Positions 26,373-40,964 are shown, counted from the first letter of the stretch. The stretch: DNA of 64,000 bases from Eledone cirrhosa (GCA_964016885.1 OZ024740.1:354020001-354084000), one strand, 5' to 3'. Notes: generated by a model from the sequence alone, not told the origin. Numbers and translations: made by a program.

Positions 26373-26789
26373 ACCCCCCCCCCTCTCTCTCTCTGAAAGC
26401 CACCTATCCCCTAGCTATTACCTCCCTTCTCTCTTCCATTCATTCTTCATTCATCTCAAGATTTTTTACCCCCTCACACCACCATAGCCTATTCGACCAA
26501 TCAAACCTCAGCAATATGTCCCCCACCCATTATCAACCCCAACAAACTCTGCCATTACTACTATTACTACTACTTTTCTTCTAGCCATTACCAACCACAA
26601 CAAACCCTGCCATTATTACCACTACCGTTATTCTAGCTCTAAATTCTTTTACCGTTATGTACGTTATGTATGGATGAGCTGAGGATAAATGGAGCAAACC
26701 CGAATTAATAAGTGAATATGAATCAAGCACCCATGCGAAGCTTTAATTCAGAGACAGGAAGCATTCACACACACCCGCAAAAATTTACC

Positions 26790-29700
26790 GCAAAAATATG
26801 CCCAAAACTCTGAGTTGGCACCATCAATGTAAGCACAATGAAAGGAAGAGCAGGAGAAATCATAGAGATGCTAGAGCGAAAGGAAATTGATGTATGCTGT
26901 GTCCAAGAGACTAGATGGAGAGGGGAGTCCACTAGAGTCCTTGTAGGCAAAAGACAGTGCTACAAACTTTTCTGGGTGGGAAATGACAATGGGATGGGTG
27001 GTGTAGGTATACTATTAGCTGACAAATGGGTAGATAAGGTAATCTCAGTGAACAGAGTGAACGCAAGAATCATTAAATTCAGACTAGTCCTGAATAAAAC
27101 AATTGCCACAATAATATCAGCTTACACACCCCAATCGGGGTTGCCAGACGAACTTAAGGATAGGTTTTACAAGTATCTAATGCACACTACTGCCCTAACA
27201 AACGACAATGACTTCCTAATCATTGCAGGAGATTTTAACGGACACGTAGGTAAACACCGTGATGGCTTCTATAGAGTCCATGGAGGCCACGGGTTTGGCA
27301 CAAGAAATGAAGAAGGCTTCAGGCTTCTAGAATTCTGCGACGCCAATGACATGTCGATATGTAACACAAACTTCAAAAAACCCGACTATCTGATCACTTA
27401 TAGATCAGGGGAACATTCTACTCAAGTAGATTTTATCCTCATCAGAGGACGTGACAGATGGACGGTCATGAACACAAAAACCTTTCCTATAGAGGAATGT
27501 ACCTCCCAACATAACTTAGTTGTCAGCAACATCACTGTCAGACCTAGACGAACTTGGAAACAGAAGGCAACCTGGAGAAGAAAGATCTGGAAGCTGAAAG
27601 ACCCCTCAGCCAGTAACAGATTTAAAGATATTTTACTTGACGCCTATGACAGTAAAGAAGAAGAGATAGAGACATTCAATGTAGAAGAGTACTGGGAGTT
27701 CCTAAAAAATAACTTACTAAAGGCGACGGATGAGATCTGTGGTTGGAGCAATACCACAGGGAGGAGAAGAGTGACTTGGTGGTGGAACAATAAGGCAATT
27801 AAGGATGGACGAACGGGGGAAGCAGGGTACATTACATAGAGACCAGGAGGGAAGCTAGGCGACAAGTATACTTAGCTAGAAGGGAAGCGAAGGATAGAAA
27901 ATTCAAGCATGTTTTGCAATGGGGGGACCAGAAGCAGGAGGTGTTCAAGATTGCGAGGCAGTGTGTCAGAGAGAATTGTGATATCATTGGAGAGAAGTGT
28001 ATCTGGAATGATAAAGGTGAGCTTGCCCTCACAAGTGCTGAGAAGAAAAATGCGTGGAAGAGCCATTATGAAAGATTACTAAATGAGGAGAATGCATGGA
28101 AAGCGATACCCTACCCCAAGTAGATCGTATAGAGGGGCCAGCAGTACAAGTCAGCAGCAGCGTAGTAAGTAAGGCAATCAAAGATATGAAGGCTGGGAAG
28201 GCAACCGGTCCATCGGGTATAGCTGCCGAGATGCTGTAGGTATCTGGGTCAGTAGGTCACACCATAACCACACGTATTGTTAACCAGGTAATACTAGAGG
28301 GTGTCATACCAAAGGATTGGTGCAGCAGCATCATTGTCAACTGCTACAAGGATAAAGGTGATGCAGTAGATAGAGGAAACTATAGAGGTATAAAGCTGAT
28401 GGACCAGGTCATGAAAGTAACAGAGAGAGTTATAGCACAGTTGATGAGATGCAATTTGGGTTTGTGACAGGAAAAGGCACTACTGATGCCCTCTTCCTTG
28501 TGAGGCAGTTACAGGAAAAGTACCTAGCTAAAAGTAAGCCACTCTACCTGGCATTTGTCGATCTGGAGAAAGCCTTTGACAGAGACCCCCGTGCTGTAAT
28601 CTGGTGGGCTCTTAGAAAACTAAGTGTAGATGAATGGCTTGTGAAAGCTGTACAAGCCATGTATAGGGGAGCAGTCAGCAAAGTTAGGATTAGCAATAAC
28701 TATAGTGAGGAATTTAGCATACAGGTCGGTGTCCACCAGGGCTCTGTTCTTAGCCCTCTCCTGTTCATCATAGTTTTGCAGGCAATAACGGAGGAGTTTA
28801 AGACCGGATGCCCATGGGAACTCCTGTATGTGGATGACCTCGCACTTATAGCTGAAACTATGGTAGAACTAGAGAACAAATTCCAAACATGGAAGCAGGG
28901 ACTAGAAAGAAAGGGTCTCAAAGTCAACCTGACAAAGACTAAGGTCCTTGTAAGTAGATGAGAAAACAGAACCCAGATCCCCTCAGGGAAATGGCCTTGC
29001 TCGGTATGTAGGAAAGGTGTGGCTAGGAACTCCATCCTCTTCCCCAAATGCAGACAATGGGTACACAAGAGATGTAGTGGGATCTCAGGAAGCTTAACTA
29101 AGAATGTAGGCTTCACATGTAGCAGCTGCGCTGGGACAGCAAGCAGCAAACAACCACAGGAAACAAGCACCACCAAACTCTGAGAGGGCTCTGTAGAAAC
29201 AGTAGACAGTTTCTGCTACCTAGGTGAGCGAATTAGCAGTGGAGGTGGGTGTTTGGAAAGTACAATAACTAGGATAAGAACGGGATGGAAGAAGTTCAGG
29301 GAGCTACTGCCACTGCTAGCTGCAAAAGGCTTTTCCCTCAAAATGAAAGGCAGACTGTATGATGCGTGTATCCGAACAGCGATGTTGCATGGTAGTCAGA
29401 CCTGGGCGCTGAAGGTGGAAGACTTATGTAGATTAGAGAGAAACAAAGCCTGCATGCTCCGATGGATGTGTAATAGTAATATACGCGAACGGCAAAGCAT
29501 AAACAAATTGAGAGAGAGACTGAGCATAAGAGGAATCAAATGCTGTGTGCAGGAGAGGAGGTTGCGTTGGTATGGACATGTGATGCGTATGAAGGATGAC
29601 AGCTGCATAAAAAGATGCAGAGCACTAGAAGTTGATGGAAGCCGTGGAGTGGGGAGACCCAAGAAGACCTGGGATGAGGTGATAAAAGCCGACCTTACCC

Positions 29701-30058
29701 AATTACACCTCTCAAAGGCGATGACACACAATCGTGACCTCTGGCGTCACGCAGTAATACAGAATACCCGACCACCCACGGGTACAAGCCGAAGCTGAAG
29801 CATATAAACAATATGCCCCACCCCCTCTCACTGCAAAGTGGTTGTGGAGGTGCCACGGAAAAAAAGCACCCAGCACTCACTGTAAATGAGGTTGGTGTTA
29901 GGAAGGGCATCCAGCTGTAGAAATCAAGCCAGAATCAGTTCTCGTATGAGCAAGATATGGTCAGCTAACTGGGCACTGCCCACAACAGGACAACCCGTCT
30001 AACCCATGCTAGCGTGGAAGAATGGACGTAAAACAGTGATGTTGATGATGATGATGAT
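26790..30058 (+). mobile_element. RTE-clade LINE, near full length, disrupted
   Basis: APE endonuclease (VQETRW, GDFNGH), RT (QFGF, FVDLEKAFD, QGSVLSP, YVDD), PHD-like CSVC..WVHKRC, RRLRWYGH, (GAT)n tail. Confidence 0.92.
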
Positions 30059-30699
30059 ACATTCACGCAGGCAGCAGACGTAAAGAGAGAGGAGTAGTAT
30101 GAGGTAGTGAAACTACTTTCTCTTTACGTGTTGTGACAGAATTGCAGAAATGTATATAGAGATTCTAAAATCCACTCCCAACATAAGCACTAGCAATATG
30201 TAAATCAGTACTTCCTTTTCATTGTTACTATAGTACTTGATAGGGTTTAAAACCCCATCAGTTACATATTTTCTTGTGGTAGCTTGGTGATGCAGATATC
30301 ATCTGATGTGATCATATGGAATTTCCTTGATTGTAACAGGATGACACACAATCCTATCATATGGTGTATACAAACCAGTCTCCTTAGCTCCAGGTCATCA
30401 AGCCAATATATTGCCACCACCCTTTGCTCCAAATCATGTGACACACCCAACCAGTTTTTTCATTACAGTTAGAATACCTGCCTAATTGCTCTCTGAAAGC
30501 TCAAAGATCACACACAACTTCAGATTAACCCTGCAGTTAGCTCTCTCAGAATTCCTTGACAGTGCTTAATTATCACATCTACTGCTCCTTTCATTGGCAC
30601 TCTCATTGATAATCACTGATCTCATACAACCAAGTATAGTATCTGAATCGGTTTGAATCTTAATAGAGCTCAGCCTCCATCTCAGAGCTAAATTCATAC

Positions 30700-31500
30700 T
30701 CTTCAGCATGGCCCCTAACTCAACTATGCTGCTGTGGCTACAGTCACCCTTCTTCCTAAGTCTGGTTGCATCATCTACCTCAAAAGCCCATATTTACAGA
30801 ACCCCTATCACTGTACTGCTAGCATTACATCATATTGCCCCATCCTCCACTTTGGGTATGTACCTGCTTCCTCTAACTAGGTCCCCTACCCTTACCCAGA
30901 TTTCCTGCATCATAACACTCAACCTCTCTCCCACTCTGACCCCATCCAAATCACTCTTCCACTCATCTCTTGACATGGCAATATGCTGATCAGTCATCCA
31001 GCAACTGGTTAGTAATTCACCAGTCTCCCACTCATTGAGAACAATTCTCATCTGCTCTTACTAATGCTCAATTCCGAGATCACATTCTCTTTCTGAAACA
31101 CTACCACGTCCGCCTTATCTCTTCACAGCTTAAGTCCCAGTGCAGCTCCTTCCATTGCTTCAGGTGGTTTCGATATCAATCCAAACCTCATTAGGTGGCC
31201 TATGACTGTTGCTGACACCACTGTATCATTCACTAAGATGTAATTTATGTATAAATTGGTGGACCATCTTGTCCACCTTTCCCAGCATAGCCTTGAGGAT
31301 GCTGCTATGATCTTTGGTGCTGTGTTTAACCTATATCCCAGCCTGATCAAAAGTATGTCTGGCCCTTATACCTCACAAGCTGATATATCTACAATTTCAC
31401 AGCCACAGGAGGTACAGATATTGTGACTTCATATTAATCATTGTGAAATCCCTTGTCATCTAACTTTTGTAAGCTTTCCTCACAAGCATCTGCATCCTCA
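30700..31500 (-). mobile_element. LTR retrotransposon RT/RNase H relic (same family as 8917-9757)
   Basis: RLGYRLNTAPKI and KPPEAMEGAALGLKL. Confidence 0.75.
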
Positions 31501-32606
31501 CCAACTGTGTGTCACGATATGTGCCACTTGATTTTTTACTTCCAGGTGATCACATCTCTGTCATCACAGAAAGAGTTGATGGCATCGCTGTCAACAAGAA
31601 TGTTTTGCAGACACATTTGTAGGCCTATAGAGAACAAAAAAAGCCACACACAAAAAGACAGAAGAGACAAAAAAAGAAAATGAATATAAAACACATGGTG
31701 CCACAATAGCCAGTAAATAGAAACGTAAATTCACTTACCTTGCTAGTCTTGCTCTGAAGGGCTCTCTTGTCTAGAGGAATAAATCTTTGAACTTGACCTG
31801 TCCAGACTATGATCAGAAATTCTTGGGTTTCCCTAGAGCTAATCAGGATATGTCCACACATAATTAACTGAGAAAAATAATTATGCTAGTTCCTTCCATG
31901 TGATATCACTGTTCCTCATACTTCCAGCATGCCACCCATAATGGAATAAAGAAAAGCCAATAGTTATTGAAAAATACACATTGAATTTATTTTGTTGTTA
32001 CTTTCCTCAAATTATAAACTTGATATATGTGGCTATGCTTATTCAGAAGGCATTAGACAATTGTAAAATATGACTGATAATGAGTGTATAACAATATTTA
32101 TTTACGAAGATTGAGCTGAGTAGAGCTGAATAGCTGACATGCCAAGAGAGATGAAACAATCAATTAAGGATTTCAGAAGACACAGTCCACTGGCTAAGGT
32201 GTTGCCAGGCCTACCATGTGATGAGATTGAACTTGAAATTATGTGATTCCTAACCACACAGTATTTGATTTTACATTAGATATATTTTATTACCATACAT
32301 TTTCATATTTTATAGCATATAATATTCTATTACAATATATTTTATATATATTAAAAAACACAAATAACATATTATCCAAATTTCCTACATATCACACTCC
32401 ATTGTCATACAAATACAAAAGAATAAATTAAATAATATTGTCCTTGACAGACTACACATGAAGAAAGATTATATGATCATGGTGTAGGCTGCTCAGCAAA
32501 GCTAATGTCTGATATTCTGAAGAGAAGTCTATGAATCCTTGATAAATGCATACAATAAATGTTGAGTCAAATGTAAATGAAGACTATAATATAATTATAA
32601 TATAAT

Positions 32607-33826
32607 TCACTTACATACCCTATTACATAAGGTTGACCAGATTCTAGATTTTACAAATTGTTTAAAAATTTTATAAAAAATAAACATCATAAAAATATAT
32701 TTGGAAACTGTCCAGATATCACAATTATTTGAATTTCTTACAAAATTCTCGACATAATTGGTTCTTTGTCTACCTGCAACATATTTTTTTCTACGTTTCA
32801 AAAGAGTTTCAGGTATTTCATTATAGTATAGAGGCCTTTGGATTTCCAAAATATCAGATAGATTTTTAAATAGTTCCTCTTCATGATTCTTATTGGCATG
32901 GATATCTGTAACTAAAAACATAAGTTCATTAAATTTATACATTGGATGTGAAAATGTTTCTAATGGTCTTTTGAATTCAAAAAAATAATTCTTTTTTTCT
33001 AAAGATGCATTTAATTTTTCAGCCAGAAGTCCGTTCCAGACATCATCAGGCATAAAAACCTGATTGTGTAGAGATGCAATGTAGAGTTTGTTAATGAAAT
33101 AAATATGTGCCACATAACCAACACCATGACAAAACCATGGATACTTCTTACCTTTATAAAATCCTGACATGTCCATATGTTTTGCAGTGAAAAATTTATA
33201 ATTTGTTTTACTATTCCCTGTTGCATAGCATATTGCAAAAGTTTTATCATGCTTATTTAAAGTCAAATGATAATGCAGATAAAATATCAGTTTGTATTGA
33301 TCTACAAAAAGCTCATCATTCATTACCATAACATAATCAGTGTTGGCACAGAATTCTATGCTCCATTTCCATGCCATTATTGACTTTAGTGAAACATTTT
33401 TATAAGAATCAATAAAATCTTCCTGGAGGATATCTCTGTATTCTTTACTCTCCTTTTGAATCAAGGAATCTATTGTAGAATTGTTTGGTTTACCAAATAA
33501 GAAGATATGTTTAACAATTATATGTTTTGAATTAGTATCATATGGAATAAGCTGAAATATTTTCCTTAGCACTTCTCGTCGACCAAAATGGCTGTAAACA
33601 GTTCTAATAGTGTAGAGAAGTAACACTCTTTCATGTTGAGAACAGAGATCTGGTTCATTTATAAGTCTTTTGAAGTCATGTTTGTATGGTTGTGGATTAT
33701 CATAATATAGCTTCGGAACATTGGAACTTTTCGGTCTTTTTATGAATGTAACATTCATGTTTTTCAGAAAATTTTGTCTTTCCTTGAAGTATGTTGGGTG
33801 AGAATTTTCTGATGCATTTATAATAT
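32607..33826 (-). CDS. GT31 beta-1,3-galactosyltransferase-like paralog B, exon 2 (spliced product about 428 aa)
   Basis: Phase-1 acceptor TTTTTTCTTTAG at 33827-33838. Same Galactosyl_T motifs as paralog A. Confidence 0.9.
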
Positions 33827-34509
33827 CTAAAGAAAAAATAAAAAAACTAATTATATTTTTTTTTTTAACTGCTCTACAGAATATGTCAGATTTATTATAA
33901 AAACAAAACCCTCAATTAAAGCGAAAAGAAAAGGAAGAGGAGAAAAAGATAAGGAAAGAAGGATCAAGTAAAGAAAGAAAAGGAGAGGAGAGGAACAGTC
34001 ACTACACCCCAGTCTGAGCGGTGCCTCAGCTATGCTCTGCAGACAAAACAACAAAAGTGTTAATGTGGAGACACCCACTGCAATAGCCAATTCACCTCAT
34101 GTGGCTTCCTCTTCAAGCAAGCCATTGTCTTTCCGAGTTTACAGAGAAAATCAGCTGTGCAGAGACCAAGGATGCCAGAGGTCACGATGGAAACTGGTAC
34201 AATGAAGAAGCAATTGGTCAGGCACCAATATTTGAGTAATTTCCTCTTCCCTGCATTGTGGGTTTGTGGTTTAAGTGACAAGACTGGAAGCAGAGAACGA
34301 GTCACTGCTCATCGCGTCTCAATCATATTATTCATAAAAATAAAAGAAAATTTATACATTGAACATTCTTATAAAAACACTGGGTACCATTGATAAAGGA
34401 TCAAGATTTGTGTACTTTTTGATTGTGAATAAAGATAAGCTTTTTTCTGAGAGATTCTGTAATGTTAATAATAGGAAGCTGTTAGTATTACTTGGTGGTT
34501 AAACACATA

Positions 34510-34682
34510 ATAATTGTTTCTACTTTTGGCACAAGGCCAGCAATTACTCAGTGCATTACTGGTACTTTAAAGCATATATGTCACTAGCGTCATCCTTACA
34601 GGGTCGATAAAATAAAGTACCAGTAATGTACTGGGTAATTGCTGGCCTTGTGCCAAAAGTAGAAACAAATAATGTCACTAGC
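34510..34682. mobile_element. Two truncated SINE 3' ends in opposite orientation in intron 1 of paralog B
   Basis: Inverted SINE tails. The second copy has TSD ATGTCACTAGC (34578-34588 and 34672-34682). Confidence 0.75.
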
Positions 34683-34692
34683 ATGTACTTAC

Positions 34693-34759
34693 TTATATGA
34701 AATAACCCTAATGATATCACAGCATACAGTAGTGGGTACATTTTCATGAAGAGCAACAT
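34693..34759 (-). CDS. GT31 paralog B, coding exon 1 (MLLFMKMYPLLYAVISLGLFHI)
   Basis: AG|ATG start, 22 codons plus 1 nt, GTAAGT donor. Same exon layout and phase as paralog A. Confidence 0.75.
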
Positions 34760-34949
34760 CTATGATTCTAATAAAAAAGGAAAATGTAATTCAGAAATAT
34801 GAAATTTCACTTGGTAAAGTAAGTTTTAGAATGTTCATAAAGAATTGTGTACCCCTCCAACCATCAGACTTGTCAGACTCTACTTTGAAACTGTTGGATA
34901 AAATTATGAAAAAGAAAAACATACAAACATGGGATTGAGATATGATACA

Positions 34950-35068
34950 GTCTGAGTTCAAATCCCGCCGAGGTTAACTTTGCCTTTCATCCTTACGGGG
35001 TCGATAAAATAATGTACCAGTAATGTACTGGTAATTGCTGGCCTTGTGCCTAAAGTAGAAACAATTAA
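34950..35068 (+). mobile_element. tRNA-derived SINE, 5' truncated
   Basis: Same core as 26140-26372. Confidence 0.8.
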
Positions 35069-36171
35069 ATAATGTAAACAATTTCACAGCATTTGTTTGA
35101 TAACACTCAATAAGAGTTCAATACGCAACTTATACAAAGTCTATCTTTGCTAATAGCATACCTTTAATTCGACTACATAACTTGTGTATCCATAGACTAC
35201 ACTGTGTGCACTTTATGGAATTTCTCACAACACATTTTTTTACGTATGAAACATGGGCACTTCCCTTATTCTTTGCTAAGATTCATTTTACACATTTAAA
35301 TTTTAAATTTTTCTTCCATGCCTAGAATTTTGCCTTAAAATCTATGGATTCATCTATAAGAACTAGATCATCAGCATACAGGGGTACCCATGGAAGGCCA
35401 GTTTCAAACTCACCAGTTATGGCCTGAAGATCAATAATAAATAGATGTGAGGCTATGAATGACTGAACCCTCATGGAACGCCACATGCATGTCTTCTTGC
35501 TGGTTGTATTTCTATGCTGGCTGCCCCGCTATGCATGAATTGCATGGCTGTCATAAGTCTACACCAAACTTCTTTAGTACCCATCAGATTACCAACAGGA
35601 GGTCCCTTTCAAAGGTCTTCCTTAGATCCAGAAATACCTTTAAGTAACTTTTATGACCTGGTCGATTGACTTAGTAACTCTAAGTGCATCTCCTTTGTCC
35701 ATGTAGAAATTCACAATGCTACCACTGTACCAGTCAATGACACCACACTGCATAACTTGATTAATTATGTATTGACTAACATATAACTTACCAGACCAGT
35801 GTGTTTAGTCTTTTGCCAACTATACTGAATAGTCCTGCTTCTGTCAACTTTTATGGCTGTTCCCCCTGTTGGGTGTATATGCGGTAGGCCTCCACTGTCC
35901 CATTTATTCTATTTGTTCAACTGTTTCTCACAGTAGGATTTCCATGACTTTTTCTTTTTCAGCATCTGTCAGAGAAAGTGCTTTACTATCACTTCGCACA
36001 CACTTTTCCTGAATCAAGCCTCGATTTTCTGTAACACACTGTCATGTAATTTGAAACACTTCACACTTCTGATCTTCATGACGTAGAAAATGTGCAAACT
36101 TCTTCTTTTCTGCGTCTTGATGACTATTACATTTCACACTAGTTTTATACTCACCTTTTATTTTAGCAGTT

Positions 36172-36352
36172 TAATAATTGTTTCTACTTTTGGCACAATG
36201 CCAACAATTATCCCAGTGGTGCTTTATTTTATTGACCCCGTAAGGATGAAAGGCACAGTTAACCTTGGTGAGATTTGAACTCATATCATAAAGGGCTGTA
36301 ACTCTATGCTACGAAGCTTGGTGTCTGACACTCTACCAATACTGCCAATCCA
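36172..36352 (-). mobile_element. tRNA-derived SINE, diverged
   Basis: Reverse complement of the same core. Confidence 0.7.
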
Positions 36353-36479
36353 ATGATTCAGACGTGCCAACCTCTAAAAAACCCAAACGGGGAGTACCAT
36401 GAAAAAAAGTGTCCCAAAACGGAGAAATAAGGCAAAATGGAGAAATTTTACATAATGAAAGCTATAACAATTTTCACAA

Positions 36480-39330
36480 AAGATATCTCTCACTCACCCC
36501 AAAGAGCGTGCTCATAAGAGTATTCGAATTTGCCTTACGAAAAAAAAGGCAAACACCATGTATAAAATAGCTATTAGACCTGATAAAAAACCAGCAAAAG
36601 AACACAAAAGACATTACAACAAACCACTGGAAAACAAAATGGTTGTATTGATGGTCAATGAAGAACATAAATCCAGAGACATCTTTGTACAGGAGAGATC
36701 TGACGAATTACAAAGAATTTCAGAGATACACAGAGCATAAGATGCTCTTCAGTATCCTTTTATCTTTTGGAGAAGTCAGGATGGATACAATTTCGCCTTA
36801 AGACAAATAAACCCCAGTACAGGCGAGGAAACTAATAAATGATACATGGTCCATGTGGCAGTATTGACCCTAAGTGTTTGTGCATGGGAAATAACAAATG
36901 TGAAAAGAGATATCCAAGGCCTTTTCAACAAGAAACCGTAACTGATGATGACGGATATCCTCAATACAAACGGAGAAGCGCTCACTGTGGTGGAAAAAAC
37001 TGCGATTATCAAGATACGAGGTCCAGACGTTCAGGTTGGTAACAATTTGGTCCCTACAATTCTCTCCTCTGCAAAATCCTTGATGCTCGCATCAATTGTG
37101 AGTACATCGCATCAGTAAAATCAATTATGTTTGTAAATATGTCAACAAAGCTAGTGATATGGCAACTTTTACTATTGGTGGCGATAACCAATTGAATGAA
37201 GTTAAAACATACTTAAAAGGGAGATATTTGACATACACAATAGACACCCAATGGTAGTGAACCTTGCAGTGCATTTGGAAAATGGTCAGAGGGTATATTA
37301 CACTGAAGAAAATGCACAATTGATTGCTGCGTCTCCTCCAAACACAACGCTTACTGCTTTTTTGAAGCTTTGTGGGAAAGATGCCTTTGCTAAAACCTTG
37401 CTTTATCATGAGGTTCCCACATTCGACACATGGAATAAAAAGAAATGGAACAGACAAAAGATAGGCAATCATGTGGATGGCTATCAAGACATCAAATCAA
37501 CTAGTGCAATAGGAACAGTTTACACGGTCCATACTAGACATAGGGAATATTTCCATTTGAGGTTACTCCTTTACACTGTTTGAAAATATCAAAATTGTAC
37601 ATGGAAATCCATGTGCAACGTATGCTGAGGCATGTACATTACATGGCCTACTTGAAAACGGGGAATATTGGAAAAAAACATTGGAAAAGGTAGCTGCTAC
37701 ACAAACGCCTAAAAAGCTTCGACAGCTCTTCGCTGTAATGCTCACTACGTGCAATATTTCAGATCCCTTGAGTCTTTGGGAAAACTATAAGAAAGACTTG
37801 TCAGAAGATATATTGCACAGGATCAAACTTCACAACACTGACATTAATGTAGGCTTTTCTCCACCTATCTATAATGTAGCACTTTCAGAAATTAACAACC
37901 ACCTGAGTGAAATTGGCTGGTCCCTTAAGGATTGTGGTTTACCAGAACCTGAGGACACAGTTGCGTACTCTATTGCACAGGATATATTAAAGGAGAGGAA
38001 TTATGACATCAACAAGCTTACACAATATGTCAATGAAAATGAAGAAAAGCTGATTGATGATCAAAGAATTGTTCATGTAAAAATATTGACCAGAATGAAG
38101 GAGGCCTTTACTTTTTGGATGCTCCAGGAGGAACTGGTAAAACCTTCATAATAAATCTCATATTGGCAAAAGTAAGGCAGCGAAAGCAAATTGCTTTGGC
38201 TGATGCATCAAGTGGTATTGCTGCTACCTTACTTGGTGGAGGCAAAGCAGCACACTCAACGTTCAAGTTGCTATTGAATGTCATAAGAGTGGAGTCTCGT
38301 TCGTTTAATATCAAAAAGAACACATCAAAAGCAAAGCTTTTAGAGAAATGTTCTGTGATCATATAGGATGAGGCCACAATGGCACATAGAAAGTTATTTA
38401 TGGCTCTGGATCATTCTTTAAGAGACATTAGAAGATGTAATGAAATCATGGGAGGAGTAACAATGGAGCTTGCTGGTGACTTCAGACAGATTCTCCCCGT
38501 CGTTCCTAAAGGCACGAGAGCTGATACTGTAAACGCTTGCCTCAAAGTCTCAACTATATGGCAACAAGTCCAGCGATTACCCTTGAGGACAAACATGAGA
38601 GTGGAGTTGTACAATGATTCAGAAATTGATACTTTTGCAAAACAACTAAATGAACTGGGTGATGGAAATCTGCAACAAAATGACAATGGAGAAGTCAACC
38701 TTCCATTTGGAAATGTCTGTAATACAACAAATGAACTAATTGATCAAGAATTTCGAAATGTTGCCACAAATTATATCAATCAATCATGGCTGTTTGAGCG
38801 AGAGATTTTAGCGCCAAAAGATAATATTGTAAATCAGATCAACCAATGCCTACTGGATATGCTCCCAGGGGAGGTTCATATATATGTTTCCATTGACATG
38901 ATTGAAAAGGATGACGAAGCTGTTAATTATCCTGCAGAGTTAATAGTCTGGAACTACCTGGACTTCCTCCACACAAATTAACGCTAAAGATTGGAATTCT
39001 CATCAACCTTTTGAGAAACCTGGACCCACCACGTCTATGCAATGGCATGCGCTTAACAGTGAGGCGGATGATGAAACATCTCCTAGAAGTTACTATTTTG
39101 GGAGGCAATCATCAAGGCGAAAATGCATTTATTCCAAAGATTCCACTTATCCCTCCCTCTACCAAGCTGCCATTCAAATTCCCTGTTAGAACCAGTTTTG
39201 CTATGACCATAAATAAGGGTCAGGCTCAGAGTTTCAAAGTTGTAAGATTGAATCTGAGAGAGATCTTCATATACTATGCACGAACAGTAAAACAAAGAAT
39301 CTGGTGTATCTGGAAGTTTTTAAAACTTTT
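36480..39330 (+). mobile_element. Second Helitron relic, internally deleted
   Basis: MIHGPCG, LAVHLENGQRVY, DAPGGTGKT, GDFRQILPV, RNLDPPRLCNG, FAMTINK. Confidence 0.9.
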
Positions 39331-39499
39331 TTTGTCACACACACCACGCACTTGCCTCATACTGTAAACCAAACAACACATCCAATACAGTCGTTTTCTC
39401 TTCTACCAGTCTTCTCTTATCAACTGTTCGCCCGGTGGATCCGGGTACCTCATCTACTATAATATATACAAAGGAAAGGGGGAAAAAAGAAAGAGAAAA

Positions 39500-39620
39500 A
39501 ACACACAAGCAGGTAATACACACATCTAGGACCACATACAACACACAGCAGGTAATACACATATCTAGGACTACATGCAACACACAGCAGGTAATACACA
39601 CATCTAGGACTACATGGAAC
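39500..39620. repeat. Short tandem repeat, about 39-bp unit, 3 copies
   Basis: GCAGGTAATACACA.ATCTAGGAC repeated three times. Confidence 0.8.
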
Positions 39621-39789
39621 AAAAGGCAGGCGAAAGGGATGGACAAGCGAGCCACTACCAGTGCAAAAGATAACAATATCGTGAGGAACACTGGGAAATC
39701 TCTCTAATATTTTTTTCACAAGCCAACACACTCGCAGCGTTACCTCGAGTGATGGTGATGCTGAGGTGCTGGTACAACCAAGTGCCCTC

Positions 39790-40160
39790 ACGAGAATCAC
39801 CAGTTACCTCAGTTAGGCGAGCCGCCAGTGAAGATAAGAATCTCGCTGTTAGCAGTCCGACTCACCCAAATGTTTCGAACGCCAGAAGCTGGAAAAATGT
39901 AGTTGGCCGACAGATGATGGCATTTTATGATTTTGTTCTGTTCAGCTGCAGATGCACTAGCTCTCGCCCTTACCACTGCATCCAAGATGTGAGAAGAAAC
40001 AAAAAAATCACTAACTGTGACGTCCCAGATAAAGCACCTGCCCCTTGACCAGGGGCTGAGGGTAAAACCGTCTGGTGTAATCCTATCAATTCTGGACAAC
40101 CCAGACGGTTCCAAAATTGAGGGAATGTTTGCCCGGGCCAAAGCTCTTAAGTGGTAATAG
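39790..40160 (-). mobile_element. CRE-clade LINE REL-endonuclease relic
   Basis: EPSGL...PDG.TL.PW..G....WDVT...AE..K motif. Confidence 0.7.
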
Positions 40161-40264
40161 GACAGTGTGTGTATGTGCACATGCGTGAGTTTGTCGGCAT
40201 TATTAAATTAGAGACGTGTGTATTATATATATATGTGTGTGCGTGCGTGTGTCATATATATATG

Positions 40265-40302
<38 letters not shown>

Positions 40303-40439
40303 CGTCATCGTTTTCAAGTTAGAGACATATATATATGTGTGTATCCGCTTCCTTCCTTTTAAACGCGCATACATTCACACAAACATACACACACATTGTG
40401 TGATGGACGGATGAACAGAAGTTGCTCAAATTTATATAC

Positions 40440-40820
40440 ATGCAAATGGAGTTCCACTGAAGCAGGTAGAGAAGTTGAAGTATCTCGGGGCCGTGTTCAC
40501 GAGTGGTGGAAGGCAGGAGGCTGAATTAAGTGCAAGAATTGCAAAAGCTGATGCAGTAATGCACCAGCTTCAGCATTCAGTAATCAGAAGGGAGGTAAGT
40601 GTAAAAGCCAAACTCGCTGTCTTCCTGGTATTCCTGCCAACCCTTACCGAGGGTCATGAATCTTGGGTAATGACCGAAAGAAAACAATTGTCAATAAAAG
40701 CGGCAGAAATAAGGTTCCTCCGAAGGGTCTTTGGAGTAATTTTAATTGATAAAGCTCAGAGATCAGAGAGTCACTCCTGGCAGAGCTGTTACTTATCCAG
40801 AATAAGTGGACGAAGAAGAA
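40440..40820 (+). mobile_element. LINE RT C-terminal relic
   Basis: KYLG...E..ARIAKA...AAEIRFLRR. Confidence 0.7.
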
Positions 40821-40964
40821 GATATTGTCAATTTACTTTTCAATTTACATATCATATCCATAAGCATATACATTTGCGCATAATACCAATATGCACACTA
40901 CATATGCTAGCAGAAAACCGCCTAAAGGGCGGTTTTTCTGCTAATTATGATTTCTAATGATTTC

